In this document: piece after piece, positions 11,839 to 26,597 of the stretch
Position numbering within the stretch: the first letter of the stretch is position 1
Layout: every line of letters starts with the position of its first letter
Virus record (IMG/VR): IMGVR_UViG_2778261422_000003
DNA length: 49,269 bases
Strand: one strand, 5' to 3'
DNA from: a virus
Taxonomy: Duplodnaviria; Heunggongvirae; Uroviricota; Caudoviricetes
The notes under the pieces: generated by a model
What the model saw: the letters and a program-made list of their open reading frames with translations, nothing else
What the model was told of the DNA's origin: nothing
Database searches by the model: none
Translations under genes and position numbers: made by a program

Positions 11839-12479
11839 TTGTCGGTGTACCTCTCTCGTTTGCTCAGTTGTTCAGGAATATGGTGCAGCAGCTCACCGTC
11901 ACCACAGTAAATGGCGGCATGATTCGGCACCGATGAACCAAAACAGCACAGCAGCACATCGCCCGGCTGCGCCGCTGACAACGGCACCTGATACAGCCCT
12001 GTGGCCTCCAGATTATCCAGATAGAGATTCTGACCGTGACGCCACCAGTCATCCCCGCGATGAAAATCCGGCATCTCAATCCCCGCCAGATGATAAGCAT
12101 CCCGGAACAGCGTGTAACAGTCCGTCACCCCGTGCTCAAAGCGCCGCCCGGTGAGATGCGGCACACAGCGGAACTTATGAATCGCCCCCCGGCAGACCAG
12201 CCACCACGGCAAATCACTCTGCACCTGCAGCCGCCGGTCAGCCTCACTCAGCCAGGGCAGACCACCGGGGTGGCTGTGGACCAGCGCCACAATCTCACCC
12301 TGCATTTCTGCCTGCAGCCAGTCCTCCGGAGCCATCCGGAAATAATCCTCCGGCTCACCGGAAATATTCACGCCGGGAAAATATCTTTCCCCCTCCGGCG
12401 TGCTTACCACGAAGCCGCACGACTCCGCTGGCGCACATCGCCGGGCGTGCGCCAGAATCGCTGATTCTGTCTGTGTCAT
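11736..12479 (-). CDS. K: tail assembly protein K (JAB/MPN plus NlpC/P60 domains)
   Basis: 247-aa ORF matching recalled lambda K (MTQTESAILAHARRCAPAESCGFVV...; HSHP motif); overlaps I as in lambda. Confidence 0.9.
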   Translation of the reverse strand: MTQTESAILAHARRCAPAESCGFVVSTPEGERYFPGVNISGEPEDYFRMAPEDWLQAEMQGEIVALVHSHPGGLPWLSEADRRLQVQSDLPWWLVCRGAIHKFRCVPHLTGRRFEHGVTDCYTLFRDAYHLAGIEMPDFHRGDDWWRHGQNLYLDNLEATGLYQVPLSAAQPGDVLLCCFGSSVPNHAAIYCGDGELLHHIPEQLSKRERYTDKWQRRTHSLWRHRAWRASAFTGIYNDLVAASTFV

Positions 12480-12484
12480 GGGAT

Positions 12485-13183
12485 TTACTGCGAAAGTTTG
12501 TTAATGGAAAGGAAGCCGCCAAAGTTGCCGACGTTATTGCGAAACTTACAGCCGCTCAGGCATTTGCTGCATTTATCCTTCGTGATATCGGACGTTGGCT
12601 GGTCATATTCATCCGCGACCGCCGGACCGTGATAACCGCACTCATCGCCGCGATAGGTCCAGGTGCAGGTGTTGGCCAGCATGATACGTCCCGGAAAAAC
12701 AGCGCCGTCCGTTTCCGTCGGCGTGGACAGTACAAAAGAGGCACTCACCGCGCTCAGTTCGCTGCACTGCTCAATGCGCCAGCGGCTGATCACCTCCTGC
12801 TCCGGATCGGCGTCACTGTTTCCGTTGACGAAGTTCACCGCATCCAGAAAACGGGCGTAAACCTTACGCCGGACCACCGTTCCGCCGACCAGACTCTGCA
12901 GATCTTCCGCCATCCCGGTGACCATACCGTACAGGTTAGAAACCGTCAGTGTGGGGCGCGTACTGGTGCCTTTGCCATTCAGTTCAAAACCACTCCCCTG
13001 AATGGGATACGGCTGATACTGTCGCCCCTGCCAGGTGACCGGCTCACCTTTTTCGTTCTGCTCATTACAGAAAAAATAACGTTCTCCACCGACCTCTGTC
13101 AGGTCGATTTCCCAGAGCACCACGCTGGCCGACTGCTCCGCACGGGTGCATTCATTCAGTGTTTCCTGCCGGATATCCTGCAT
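12485..13183 (-). CDS. L: minor tail protein L
   Basis: 232-aa ORF matching recalled lambda L, including the C-terminal Cys cluster. Confidence 0.9.
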   Translation of the reverse strand: MQDIRQETLNECTRAEQSASVVLWEIDLTEVGGERYFFCNEQNEKGEPVTWQGRQYQPYPIQGSGFELNGKGTSTRPTLTVSNLYGMVTGMAEDLQSLVGGTVVRRKVYARFLDAVNFVNGNSDADPEQEVISRWRIEQCSELSAVSASFVLSTPTETDGAVFPGRIMLANTCTWTYRGDECGYHGPAVADEYDQPTSDITKDKCSKCLSGCKFRNNVGNFGGFLSINKLSQ

Positions 13184-13512
13184 CAGTTCACCACCTGTTC
13201 AAACTCTGCGCTGAACTCAACACGCAGCATACTGACCCGCGACGACCATTTTGCGCAGGTCACCTTTATCTGCCGCCACTCATAAGGCGGCGTCCACAGA
13301 AAGGCTTTCCAGCCCCCGTGCTCAGCCAGAAACGACTCCAGCGCCGTGGCCTCCCAACGGGGAACAGAAAGCGTCACGCTGTACGTTTTCAGGTCGGCAT
13401 TCAGCCCGGCAGGCGCTCGCTGGGAATAGCCATCACCAAAGCGCACTTTCCTGACGGAAGGGGCCGAAGCCACATCCATACCGGGTTTCACTTTCCAGCG
13501 GAAGGTCTTCAT
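13183..13512 (-). CDS. M: minor tail protein M
   Basis: 109-aa ORF in lambda M position, start overlapping L stop; recalled similarity. Confidence 0.85.
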   Translation of the reverse strand: MKTFRWKVKPGMDVASAPSVRKVRFGDGYSQRAPAGLNADLKTYSVTLSVPRWEATALESFLAEHGGWKAFLWTPPYEWRQIKVTCAKWSSRVSMLRVEFSAEFEQVVN

Positions 13513-16070
13513 CGTCCACCTCCGGAGAACAGACCACCATCGCGCATCTGTGCCTGAATTTCATCACGGGCACCCTTGCGGGCCATGTCATACACAGCCT
13601 TCATCATCTGTGGACCTGGCAGACCATTCGTACCGTCGTTCTGAATCACCACGTGATTGTTCTGATTAAAATTAATGCCTTCAGCCCGCCGCATCTGCGC
13701 CGGACTTCCGGCACCGCCCACATAACCACCTTCCGCATAGCCCCGCATCAGGCGGTACAGGTTGCCGACACCAATCCGGCTGGTTGCCTCCTTCGTGAAG
13801 ACAAACTCACCACGATGAACAATCCCCGCTGGCTCATATTTGCCGCCGGTTCCCGTAAATCCTCCGGTCGCAAAATGGAATTTCGCCGCAGCGGCCTGAA
13901 TGGCTGTACCGCCTGACGCGGATGCTCCACCACCGGCAGCCCCGCCAATGGCGCTGCCAATACTCCCGACAATCCCCACCATTGCCTGCTTAAGCAGAAT
14001 TTCTGTCATCATGGACAGCACGGAGCGGGTGAAGCTGCGCCAGTTCTGTTCACTGCCGGTCAGCATCGCCGCCATATTCTGCGCAATACCATCAAAGGTC
14101 TGCGTGGCTGCACTTTTTACCTGCGACATACTGCCCGTGGCGCTCTCTTCCCACTCACTCCAGCCGGACTTGAGGCCTGCCATCCAGCTCCCGCGAAGCT
14201 GGTCTTCAGCCGCCCAGGTCTTTTTCTGCTCTGACATGACGTTATTCAGCGCCAGCGAATTATCGCCATACTGTTCCTTCAGGCGCTGTTCTGTGGCTTC
14301 CCGCGCTGCCTGCCGGTCAGTAAGCCCCCGGTTTTTCGCCTCAATGGCTGCCCGTTTTGCCCGTTGCTGCTGTGCGAATTTATCCGCCTGCTGCGCCAGC
14401 GCATTCAGGTGCTCCTGATACGTAACCTTGTCGCCCAGTGCAGCCAGCTGACGTTTGTACTCCAGCGTCTCGTCTTTATGCGCCAGCAGGGATTTCTCCT
14501 GTGCAGACAGCTGGCGACGTTGTGCCGCCGCCTCCAGTACCGCAAACTGACTTTCCGCCTTCCACAAATCCCGGCGCTGCTGGCTAATTTTCTCATTCGC
14601 TCCGGTATGCTTTTCCAGTGTCCGGAGTTCTGCCTGAAGCGCCAGCAGGACAGCATGAGCACCATCTTCCTGACGATCGCCCGCAGACACCTTCACGCCG
14701 GACTGTTTCGGCTTTTTCAGCGTCGCTTCATAATCCTTTTTCGCCGCCGCCATCAGCGTGTTGTAATCCGCCTGCAGGATTTTCCCGTCTTTCAGTGCCT
14801 TGTTCAGTTCTTCCTGACGGGCGGTATATTTCTCCAGCGGCGTCTGCAGCCGTTCGTAAGCCTTCTGCGCCTCTTCGGTATATTTCAGCCGTGACGCTTC
14901 GGTATCGCTCTGCTGCTGCGCATTTTTGTCCTGTTGAGTCTGCTGCTCAGCCTTCTTTCGGGCGGCTTCAAGCGCAAGACGGGCCTTTTCACGATCATCC
15001 CAGTAACGCGCCCGCGCTTCATCGTTAACAAAATAATCATCCTTGCGCAGATTCCAGATGTCGTCTGCTTTCTTAAACGCAGCCTCTGCCTTAATCAGCA
15101 TCTCCTGCGCGGTATCAGGACGACCAATATCCAGCACCGCATCCCACATTGATTTGAATGCCCGCGCTGTCCTGTCTGCCCAGGTCTCCAGCGTGCCCAT
15201 GTTCTCTTTCAGGCGGCGGGTCTGGTCATCAAACCCTTTCGTTGCGGCCTCGTTCGCCGCCTGCAATGCCCCGGCTTCATCGCCGGAACGCTGCAACTGA
15301 GCAACATACGCAATCTGCTCCGCCGTCACGTTATGGAACTGGCGTGCCATCGCCGTCAGCCCCGACGTCGGGTCAGTGGTCAGCTTCCCGAAGGCTTCAG
15401 CGACCTTGTCCACCTCCACGCCGGATGCAGAGGAGAAACGCGCCACACTCTGGCTGATGGACGCAATCTGAGCCTCACCGCTTACCCCCGCCTTAACCAG
15501 TGCGCTGAGTGACTCGCTGGTCTGGTTAAACGTCAGCCCTGCCGCCTGCCCGGCTCTGGACAGGACCAGCATACGATCTGCCGTCAGTCCCGCCTGATTA
15601 CCGGAAAGGACCAGCGTTTTGTTGAAATCGGACAGGGTTGAGTTGCCCTGATACCAGGCATACGCCAGCGCACCGGTCGCCACCGCCAGCGAGGTGGCCC
15701 CGACCATCGGCAGGGTGATCGCACCGGCAAGCCCCCTGAACATGGGGATCATCCCGCCGAAGGAGTCCTTAACCTGACCACCCTGTTGCAGCAGGATCAG
15801 CCACGGACTCTGCCCGCCTGCAAGCTGCGTGGCCACGTCGGTGAACTGTGCAGGGAGCATACGCATGGCGGCTTTATACTGTCCGACGGAAATCCCCGCT
15901 TTCTGTGCAGCCAGCGCCTGCCGGTTCATTGACTGTTCAACGACTGCCGCTGTTTTTTTCGCATCACTTTCCGTACCGGAAAAATGACGCCTGACTCTGG
16001 CCATCTGCTCGTCAAATCTGGCCGCATCCAGACTTAAATCAACGACCAGATCGCCTACCGGTTCAGCCAT
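13509..16070 (-). CDS. H: tail tape-measure protein H
   Basis: 853-aa ORF, coiled-coil and Gly-rich, in H position between G-T and M; recalled lambda H similarity. Confidence 0.9.
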   Translation of the reverse strand: MAEPVGDLVVDLSLDAARFDEQMARVRRHFSGTESDAKKTAAVVEQSMNRQALAAQKAGISVGQYKAAMRMLPAQFTDVATQLAGGQSPWLILLQQGGQVKDSFGGMIPMFRGLAGAITLPMVGATSLAVATGALAYAWYQGNSTLSDFNKTLVLSGNQAGLTADRMLVLSRAGQAAGLTFNQTSESLSALVKAGVSGEAQIASISQSVARFSSASGVEVDKVAEAFGKLTTDPTSGLTAMARQFHNVTAEQIAYVAQLQRSGDEAGALQAANEAATKGFDDQTRRLKENMGTLETWADRTARAFKSMWDAVLDIGRPDTAQEMLIKAEAAFKKADDIWNLRKDDYFVNDEARARYWDDREKARLALEAARKKAEQQTQQDKNAQQQSDTEASRLKYTEEAQKAYERLQTPLEKYTARQEELNKALKDGKILQADYNTLMAAAKKDYEATLKKPKQSGVKVSAGDRQEDGAHAVLLALQAELRTLEKHTGANEKISQQRRDLWKAESQFAVLEAAAQRRQLSAQEKSLLAHKDETLEYKRQLAALGDKVTYQEHLNALAQQADKFAQQQRAKRAAIEAKNRGLTDRQAAREATEQRLKEQYGDNSLALNNVMSEQKKTWAAEDQLRGSWMAGLKSGWSEWEESATGSMSQVKSAATQTFDGIAQNMAAMLTGSEQNWRSFTRSVLSMMTEILLKQAMVGIVGSIGSAIGGAAGGGASASGGTAIQAAAAKFHFATGGFTGTGGKYEPAGIVHRGEFVFTKEATSRIGVGNLYRLMRGYAEGGYVGGAGSPAQMRRAEGINFNQNNHVVIQNDGTNGLPGPQMMKAVYDMARKGARDEIQAQMRDGGLFSGGGR

Positions 16071-16901
16071 ACCGGACTCCTCCTGTGATCCCTTCTGAGA
16101 CTGTCATCAGCATTACGTCATCCTCCGTCATGTCCGCCACATCCGGGGAAGCGGGGATAACTTCATTCCCGTCCGGGCCAAAGCGGACGCCTCCGGCAAG
16201 CCCTGCCGCTTTCTGCATCAGCACATCATCTTCAGGCTCTTCGTCAGCCTCGCGCCGGTTCAGAAGACTGAAATCCAGCGGATGCATATCCGGATCGCTG
16301 AAAAACAGGCTGAGCACGGTATATGTCAGCCCGGAAAAGTGCATATCCAGCAGAACATCATGAAAATAATGGGTACTGTAAAAGCGGTGCCAGTCGGCAT
16401 ACTCCGTGGATGACATCCCGGCAAGCATGGCGCGCCAGTCGGGTCGCCCCATCTCACGCGCCAGTTTCAGGGCAAAACTCAGCTCACCGTCGAACACTTT
16501 CCCGCAGAAACAGGCTCTGCTGGCCCGGCGTCATCTGCCTGTTCAGGTGCATCATTCACAACAAACTCAGACATACCGGACAGACGCATTACCACATTTT
16601 CAGCCTGAGCAATTGCCTCTGTGGGCCAGGTGGTAAGCACTTCCTGCTCAATTTGTTTAACGGCTTCATTCATGGACGGCATCTTTGTCTTCTGCGGATG
16701 GCTATGCCACAGGGACATCGCCACCAGAAAAGCACCGGTTCTGACGAGATCTTCCACGCTCACCTGTCGATTGAGACTGGATCCCGCCTGTTCTGCCTGT
16801 CGTTTCAGCAGGGCGAGATGCTCAATTCGCTGCAGGGCTGACAGTTCAGAAAGCGTGACGCTCACACCGTTATATTCAAATGATTCGGTTTTCAGGAACA
16901 T
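16063..16901 (-). CDS. tail assembly chaperone G-T fusion made by programmed -1 ribosomal frameshift
   Basis: T-frame ORF 16063..16497 overlaps the 3' end of G in the -1 frame; the slippery heptamer GGGAAAG lies at about 16497..16503 on the coding strand, as in lambda. Confidence 0.8.
16479..16901 (-). CDS. G: tail assembly chaperone G
   Basis: 140-aa ORF matching recalled lambda G (MFLKTESFE.NGV.VTLSELSALQRIEHLAL...). Confidence 0.9.
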   Translation of the reverse strand: MFLKTESFEYNGVSVTLSELSALQRIEHLALLKRQAEQAGSSLNRQVSVEDLVRTGAFLVAMSLWHSHPQKTKMPSMNEAVKQIEQEVLTTWPTEAIAQAENVVMRLSGMSEFVVNDAPEQADDAGPAEPVSAGKCSTVS

Positions 16902-16916
16902 CGCTGACTCTCCGGA

Positions 16917-17657
16917 TTAACTGTCGGTGACGGTGATTTCTGCAACCACAGCAAGTTCACCATTACCGGATACAACCGGAATGTTGACCTTGCCTGCAGC
17001 AACACCTTTCACGGTGATGGTCATACCACTGACCGACACGGTGGCTTTTGTTTTATCCGCAGACACCGCACGGAAGCTCTTGTCGGTTGCGCCTTCCGGC
17101 TGGAATGCCACGGTCAGCGTGGTGCTCTGCCCTTTCACCACCGAAGTGCTGGCAGGCGTCACGGTCATGCCGGTTGCCGCTGTTACCGTGCTGCGATCTT
17201 CTGCCATCGACGGACGTCCCACGTTGGTGACTTTCACCGTGCGGGTGATCACTTCCTTCGCCGTCACCGCCTTACCGATACTGCTGACCCAGCCGCGGAA
17301 CACATCGACCGTGCCGTTCGGGAAGCGGATTTTATAGGCACGGGTATCCCCTTCATTAAACCACGCCAGCAGCGCCTGCTGCCCCTGCTCTCCGGGCATC
17401 CACGCCAGCGTGAAGCTGGTATCTCCGGCAGATTTCTGCCCCTGCCCGGTCGCAGTCCAGTCCGCATCTTCATCATCGAGATAGCTGTCGTCATAGGACT
17501 CAGCGGTCAGTTCGCCGGGCGTCAGGTCTTTAACTTTAGCCAGACGCGACCAGTCAACGTCTGAAAGCGGGTTCGCATAAGGGTCACCGTTCCCCTTATA
17601 AACCCACAGTGTGGTCCCGGCACCTTTCACCGGCATTGTTGGATTTGGTACAGGCAT
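16917..17657 (-). CDS. V: major tail tube protein V with C-terminal Ig-like domain
   Basis: ORF 16917..17687; internal start [22 protein letters not shown] matches recalled lambda V N-terminus, giving 246 aa. Confidence 0.9.
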   Translation of the reverse strand: MPVPNPTMPVKGAGTTLWVYKGNGDPYANPLSDVDWSRLAKVKDLTPGELTAESYDDSYLDDEDADWTATGQGQKSAGDTSFTLAWMPGEQGQQALLAWFNEGDTRAYKIRFPNGTVDVFRGWVSSIGKAVTAKEVITRTVKVTNVGRPSMAEDRSTVTAATGMTVTPASTSVVKGQSTTLTVAFQPEGATDKSFRAVSADKTKATVSVSGMTITVKGVAAGKVNIPVVSGNGELAVVAEITVTDS

Positions 17658-17664
17658 AGCGTCC

Positions 17665-18060
17665 TCACATTTCATAGGTAATGACATAAGTCAGATCAGC
17701 TGAACTCCACAGGCCCGCATCATCATCGCGCCGGTAGTCATAACCGCTGGCCACCATACTGGTGATCAAATCTGACAGTGCCGGGATATCGCTCATCACC
17801 GGATAAATCCGGGACTCCATCCACGCATCCAGCTCTGAATCCTGCACCTGAGCAGGCAGGAAAACTTCAATATGCAGCTCTGCCTGCCAGGTATCGCTGT
17901 CCAGCTCTTCGCCCGTGTATTCAGCGCCGGTGAGATAAACGGCAACTGCCGGAAAATCCGCCTCATCAAAAACAGCGGGGCGACCATCAAAAAGCGTCGC
18001 CCCGGTGTCATGCTTCTCCAGTGCATCCAGTACGGCTGCACGGAGTTCAGTATGTTTCAT
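17665..18060 (-). CDS. U: tail terminator protein U
   Basis: 131-aa ORF matching recalled lambda U ([28 protein letters not shown]...). Confidence 0.9.
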   Translation of the reverse strand: MKHTELRAAVLDALEKHDTGATLFDGRPAVFDEADFPAVAVYLTGAEYTGEELDSDTWQAELHIEVFLPAQVQDSELDAWMESRIYPVMSDIPALSDLITSMVASGYDYRRDDDAGLWSSADLTYVITYEM

Positions 18061-18635
18061 CGCTTTATTACCATTCTCAGTTGATGCTGCAGCGCATAGC
18101 CCAGCTCTTTCGGAAGACGTTCACGCCGTATCCGCTCAATATTCTGTTTAAACGCCGTGGTCAGCGGCACCGCCATCGGGATTTTCACCACATCAATGGG
18201 GTAACGGTTTTTTCCGGCCACACGCTGCATAACATGCCACCGGCCATTTTTCAGTTGCTGAATAAACGCGCCGGGAATACGACGATTGCCCACCACAAGC
18301 ACGCTGCCGCCACCTTTCAGGGATGAACGCTGCCCCTTTTTGCGTCGCCTGCGTCGGGACAGGACAACCCGCGCATTACCCAGCTTGATTACGGGCAAAT
18401 CCCCCCGGTTAACTTTGATTCTGGCCTGCGGATTTTTGACCGTGGCCCTTTTCAGTCTGGCCCTTTCCTTTACCAGTTTCCGGCGTACCTTTGTCTCACG
18501 GGCAACCTGTGACGCCGACTGCGATATCGCGGATGAAGCAACGCGGTTAATGGCCATTGTGGTGGCACCGGGCACCGCCGTTTTGCTGATACGGCTGAGA
18601 TTTTCAACGGCCTGCTCAAGACCTTTTATGGACAT
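18057..18635 (-). CDS. Z: tail completion protein Z
   Basis: 192-aa ORF matching recalled lambda Z; overlaps U start. Confidence 0.9.
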   Translation of the reverse strand: MSIKGLEQAVENLSRISKTAVPGATTMAINRVASSAISQSASQVARETKVRRKLVKERARLKRATVKNPQARIKVNRGDLPVIKLGNARVVLSRRRRRKKGQRSSLKGGGSVLVVGNRRIPGAFIQQLKNGRWHVMQRVAGKNRYPIDVVKIPMAVPLTTAFKQNIERIRRERLPKELGYALQHQLRMVIKR

Positions 18636-18646
18636 ACATCCCCCTT

Positions 18647-19000
18647 TCAGCGGCGACGGTTAACGGCAGGGGGCACACCCCGCCCCAGCCAGAGATGACA
18701 GCTTCCGCCATCATCCGGTGAAACCCGGTCTACCCAGAAGTTTTCCTCACCGATGGTCAGCATGTCTCCGCGCCGCAGCTGCCGCACATCATCAGTCCGG
18801 ACAAACAGGGACGGGCTGGAGCCTTCAACACGCACGCCAGGTCCGGCATAGCTGATATTTTCAGGGTCATCAAAAACACCACGTATTACTGCGCCGGACT
18901 GTTCACCGGATGTAATGGTGGCTGACGTTCCCATGTACCCGCGTATCGTTTCATCGGCGCGGGCAATGGCAGCATCGAACAGGTTATCGAAATCAGCCAC
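18647..19000 (-). CDS. FII: head-tail joining protein FII
   Basis: 117-aa ORF matching recalled lambda FII (MADFDNLFDAAIARADETIRGYMG...). Confidence 0.9.
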   Translation of the reverse strand: MADFDNLFDAAIARADETIRGYMGTSATITSGEQSGAVIRGVFDDPENISYAGPGVRVEGSSPSLFVRTDDVRQLRRGDMLTIGEENFWVDRVSPDDGGSCHLWLGRGVPPAVNRRR

Positions 19001-19011
19001 AGTGCCTCCCG

Positions 19012-19410
19012 TTATTGCATTCTGGCCAGGCCGCGCTCTGTCATTTCAGCTGCCACACCGGCAGAGACACGGAACGCCGTTCCCGGCAGCACAAAATCCA
19101 CAGGCTCATCCCGTGTGGCGTGAAGTGCATCGGTATGCAGCGTCACCAGTGCCACGACCGTGACCAGATCAGCCGTATCCTGAATTACGGTATCCGGCGG
19201 CTCTGATACCACCTCATTTTCATGCCCGGTCAGCGCATTTTCCGGGCTGACAGGCGTGTCCTGGCCGGAAGTGTCATCCGAGTCATCAAGCTCCTCTTCC
19301 AGCTCTGCCACACGGAGCGCCAGTTCTTCCTTCGTCCCCGTCAGGCTGACATCACGGTTCAGTTGCTCACCCAGCACCTGAAGACGGGAAATCAGTTCAT
19401 CTTTCGTCAT
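19012..19410 (-). CDS. FI: DNA packaging / head maturation protein FI
   Basis: ORF 19012..19449; internal ATG at 19410 (MTKDELI..., preceded by ggaggag) matches recalled lambda FI. Confidence 0.85.
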   Translation of the reverse strand: MTKDELISRLQVLGEQLNRDVSLTGTKEELALRVAELEEELDDSDDTSGQDTPVSPENALTGHENEVVSEPPDTVIQDTADLVTVVALVTLHTDALHATRDEPVDFVLPGTAFRVSAGVAAEMTERGLARMQ

Positions 19411-19451
19411 GGACTCCTCCACAGAGAGAAAATGGCCCCGAAGGGCCATGA

Positions 19452-20477
19452 TTACGCCAGTTGTACGGACACGAACGCATCAGGGTCAGCCAGCAGCATC
19501 AGCGGTGCTGACTGAATCATGGTGAACTCACGCGCCGGATCGCCGGTGGTCACCCAGTTTTTCGGGTAGCGGGCAGAGGCGTTAATGCCTTCGCGCTGTG
19601 CGTCCGCATCCTGAATGCAGCCATAGGTGCGCAGACCGCGTGCCTGAGTGTTCCCCAGCACCATCGTGTTGTCCGGCAGGAAGTTCTTTTTGACGTCGTT
19701 TTCCACGTACTGTCCGGAATACACGACGATCGCCGTATCGCCATACATCCCCTTATAGGACACCGCTTCGCCCAGGTCTTTTACCGCTGTCTCCAGCTCG
19801 GAATTAGATCCGCGACGGGTATCCAGCTTCTCCCTGACGGCTTTGAAGGAACGGAACAGCGCCCAGCCTTTCGGATCAAACACGATGATATTCACCACAC
19901 CGCTGGCGTTCAGCGCATAGGCTTCGATATCGTCGGTCGGATCATACGTGGACTTGTCACGCTTGCTCCACTCCGTGCCGCCAGACTGCGTGATGTTATT
20001 CGCCGCACTGCGGCCCATATCCACCTCAACCGGATCGAAGGCTTCACCGGTCATGGTGTATTTGCCCTTAAGCACAGCAGAAACTGCCTGCATCTCTTCG
20101 ACCTGAGCAATGGCCAGCTCTTCGTCTCGCATGTTCTGCATGATGATGCGACGGCGGCGGTAAGCCGGGTCCGCCAGATTCTGCGGATCTTCATCCGGCA
20201 GGCGACGCAGGGTCATCTGCGGATTCACCTCATGCTTCGGCTTGACATATCCCGGTGTAAATTCAGAGGTGGAGCCGCCACGGGAGCGGATAACCTCACC
20301 GGAAACAATCGGCGAAACGTACAGCGCCATGTTTACCAGTCCAGGAATTTGTGAGAGATAGACTTTCTCCGTGGTGAAGGGATAGCTCTCACGGAAAAAG
20401 AGACGCAGAAACAGCGGATCAAACTTAAATTTCTTCTCATTTGCCGCCAGCAGCTGGGCGGTTGTGTACATCGACAT
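19452..20477 (-). CDS. E: major capsid protein E
   Basis: 341-aa ORF matching recalled lambda E (MSMYTTAQLLAANEKKFKFDPLFLRLFFRESYPF...). Confidence 0.95.
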   Translation of the reverse strand: MSMYTTAQLLAANEKKFKFDPLFLRLFFRESYPFTTEKVYLSQIPGLVNMALYVSPIVSGEVIRSRGGSTSEFTPGYVKPKHEVNPQMTLRRLPDEDPQNLADPAYRRRRIIMQNMRDEELAIAQVEEMQAVSAVLKGKYTMTGEAFDPVEVDMGRSAANNITQSGGTEWSKRDKSTYDPTDDIEAYALNASGVVNIIVFDPKGWALFRSFKAVREKLDTRRGSNSELETAVKDLGEAVSYKGMYGDTAIVVYSGQYVENDVKKNFLPDNTMVLGNTQARGLRTYGCIQDADAQREGINASARYPKNWVTTGDPAREFTMIQSAPLMLLADPDAFVSVQLA

Positions 20478-20531
20478 AAAAAAATCCCGTAAAAAAGCCG
20501 CACAGGCGGCCTTTAGTGATGAAGGGTAAGG

Positions 20532-20864
20532 TTAAACGATGCTGATTGCCGTTCCGGCAAACGCGGTCCGTTTTTTCGTCTCGTCGCTGGCAGCCTCCGG
20601 CCAGAGCACATCCTCATAACGGAACGTGCCGGACTTGTAGAACGTCAGCGTGGTGCTGGTCTGGTCAGCATCAACCGCCAGAATGCCAACGGCAGTACCG
20701 TCGGTGGTGCCATCCCACGCAACCAGCTTACGGGTGGAGGTGTCCAGCATCAGCGGGGTCATTGCAGGCGCTTTCGCACTCAATCCGCCGGGCGCGGTTG
20801 CCGTATGTGCCGGGTCACTGTTGCCCAGCGGCTGGTAATGGGTAAAGGTTTCTTTGCTCGTCAT
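20532..20864 (-). CDS. D: head decoration protein D
   Basis: ORF 20532..20870; start [12 protein letters not shown]... matches recalled lambda D (110 aa). Confidence 0.9.
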   Translation of the reverse strand: MTSKETFTHYQPLGNSDPAHTATAPGGLSAKAPAMTPLMLDTSTRKLVAWDGTTDGTAVGILAVDADQTSTTLTFYKSGTFRYEDVLWPEAASDETKKRTAFAGTAISIV

Positions 20865-20873
20865 AAACATCCC

Positions 20874-22173
20874 TTACACTGGTGTGTTCAGCAAATCGTT
20901 AACGGCATCAGATGCCGGGTTACCTGCAGCCAGTGGTGCCGGTGCCCCCTGCATCAGACGATCCAGCGCAGTGTCACTGCGCGCCTGTGCACTCTGTGGT
21001 GCAGCTGCCAGAATGCGGCGGGCCGTTTCCACGGTCATACCGGGGGTTTCGGCCAGCACACGTGCCTGTTCTTCGCGTCCGTGAGCCTCCTCACAGTTGA
21101 GGATCCCCATAATGCGGCTGTTTTCTGCCGCAACCGCAGCGGTGATCTGCGCGTTCACGTCCGGCTGCGCCGCGCTGGCGTTTTCGCCCTCCGTCGCTGA
21201 CACCACATCAGTAACATCAGCCTGCGAAGCAGTGGCTGAAACAGTTGTTGATTGAGTCTCTTTGGTCATTCGCCCTCCTGAGAGTCGGGATTTACGTGCA
21301 TCCAGTGCCTCACGCATAACGGTGATCGCATCGGTGCTGTTAACAAGTTCATCAGCCAGTCCGGAATCAATGGCCTCCTGACCGCTGTACACTGCAGCCT
21401 CGGTATCCAGAACAGCCTGCACGGACAGGCCGGTATATGCCGATACCTTCTGCGCAAACATCTGGCGGGTTGCATCCATCCGGGATTGCAGTGTTTCCCG
21501 GACGTCATCCGGAAGATGGCTGTAGGGGTTGCCATCCACCTTATGGCTGCCGCTGTAAATCAGCGTGATTTCCACGCCCTGTTTCTCCAGCACAGCACCG
21601 TAATTACTGTGAGCCATCATGACGCCGATGGAGCCTGTCCGGGCGGTCTGTGTGACCAGACGCCGGGAGGCGGCACTGGCAAGCAGCTGACCTGCACTAC
21701 AGTTCATGTCGTTGGCCAGCGCCCATACCGGTTTTATGTCACGCACACGGGCGATGATGTCAGCGCAATCAAATGCCCCCGCCACCATCCCGCCTGGCGT
21801 GTCCATATCGAGCAGAATGCCGTCCACCATCGGATCGCTGGCAGCCTGTTGCAGACGGGCGATAATGCCGTTGTAACCGGTCATCCCCGAATACGGCTGC
21901 AGCGCCCGCGTCCGGCTGACCAGCGTGCCGGACACCGGCAGCACGGCGATGCCATTCATGACCTGATAACTGCGGGCCTGTCGTGGCCCGTCATCATCAC
22001 CGGATAACGCCAGCGTCGCGGGTGACTCTCCGGCAGTCAGGCTGTCACCTGACACCGCATCCGTCAGGCGGCTTATCCCAATCTGGCCTGCAAGCGCACA
22101 AAAGAAAACCCGCGCATAGGCGGGTTCAAGCATCAGCGGCTCATTAAAGGCCATGCTGGCAATATGCGGGAGA

Positions 22174-22193
<20 letters not shown>
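20874..22193 (-). CDS. C: prohead protease C (S49 family) with nested scaffold Nu3 frame
   Basis: ORF 20874..22328; region from VTAELRNLPHIASMAFNEP... matches recalled lambda C; the start codon is inferred to be the in-frame codon at 22193. Confidence 0.85.
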
Positions 22194-25874
<3,681 letters not shown>

Positions 25875-25900
<26 letters not shown>

Positions 25901-26420
25901 TCAGCAACCCCGGTATCAGTTCATCCAGCGCGGCTGCTTTGTTCATGGCTTTGATGATATCCCGTTTCAGGAAATCAACATGTCGGTTTTCCAGTTCCGG
26001 AAAACGCCGCTGCACCGACAGGGGGATCCCGTCGAGAATACTGGCAATTTCACCTGCGATCCGCGACAGCACGAAAGTACAGAATGCGGTTTCCACCACT
26101 TCAGCGGAGTCTCTGGCATTCTTCAGTTCCTGTGCGTCGGCCTGCGCACGCGTAAGTCGATGGCGTTCGTACTCAATAGTCCCTGGCTGGAGATCTGCCT
26201 CGCTGGCCTGCCGCAGTTCTTCAACCTCCCGGCGCAGCTTTTCGTTCTCAATTTCAGCATCCCTTTCGGCATACCATTTTATAACGGCGGCAGAGTCATA
26301 AAGCACCTCATTACCCTTGCCACCGCCTCGCAGAACGGGCATTCCCTGTTCCTGCCAGTTCTGAATGGTACGGATACTCGCACCGAAAATGTCAGCCAGC
26401 TGCTTTTTGTTGACTTCCAT
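25875..26420 (-). CDS. nu1: terminase small subunit Nu1
   Basis: 181-aa ORF matching recalled lambda Nu1 (MEVNKKQLADIFGASIRTIQNWQEQGMPVLRGGGKGNEVLYD...); corresponds to nohQ position in Qin. Confidence 0.95.
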
Positions 26421-26597
26421 TGTTCATTCCACGGACAAAAACAGAGAAAGGAAACGACAGAGGCCAAAAAGCTCGTTTTCAGCACCTGTCGTTTCCTTTC
26501 TTTTCAGGGGGTATTTTAAATAAAAACATTAAGTTACGACGAAGAAGAACGGAAATGCCTTAAACCGGAAAATTTTCATAAATAGCGAAAACCCGCG
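26421..26597. promoter_or_regulatory. cosB region with inverted Nu1-binding R-elements
   Basis: inverted copies of ggaaacgacag (about 26451..26461) and ctgtcgtttcc (about 26486..26496) between Nu1 start and cosN; context matches lambda cosB. Confidence 0.7.

Noticed and set aside
12473-16070. Multiple plus-strand ORFs antisense to L, M and H (12473..13285, 13900..14418, 14364..14894 and others)
   Set aside because: They overlap confidently assigned tail genes on the opposite strand and have biased, low-complexity composition.
19431-19450. Hairpin ggccccgaagggcc between E and FI, and a hairpin at 20497..20510 between D and E
   Set aside because: They sit inside a co-transcribed late operon without adjacent T runs; more likely translational-coupling or mRNA-structure elements than terminators.
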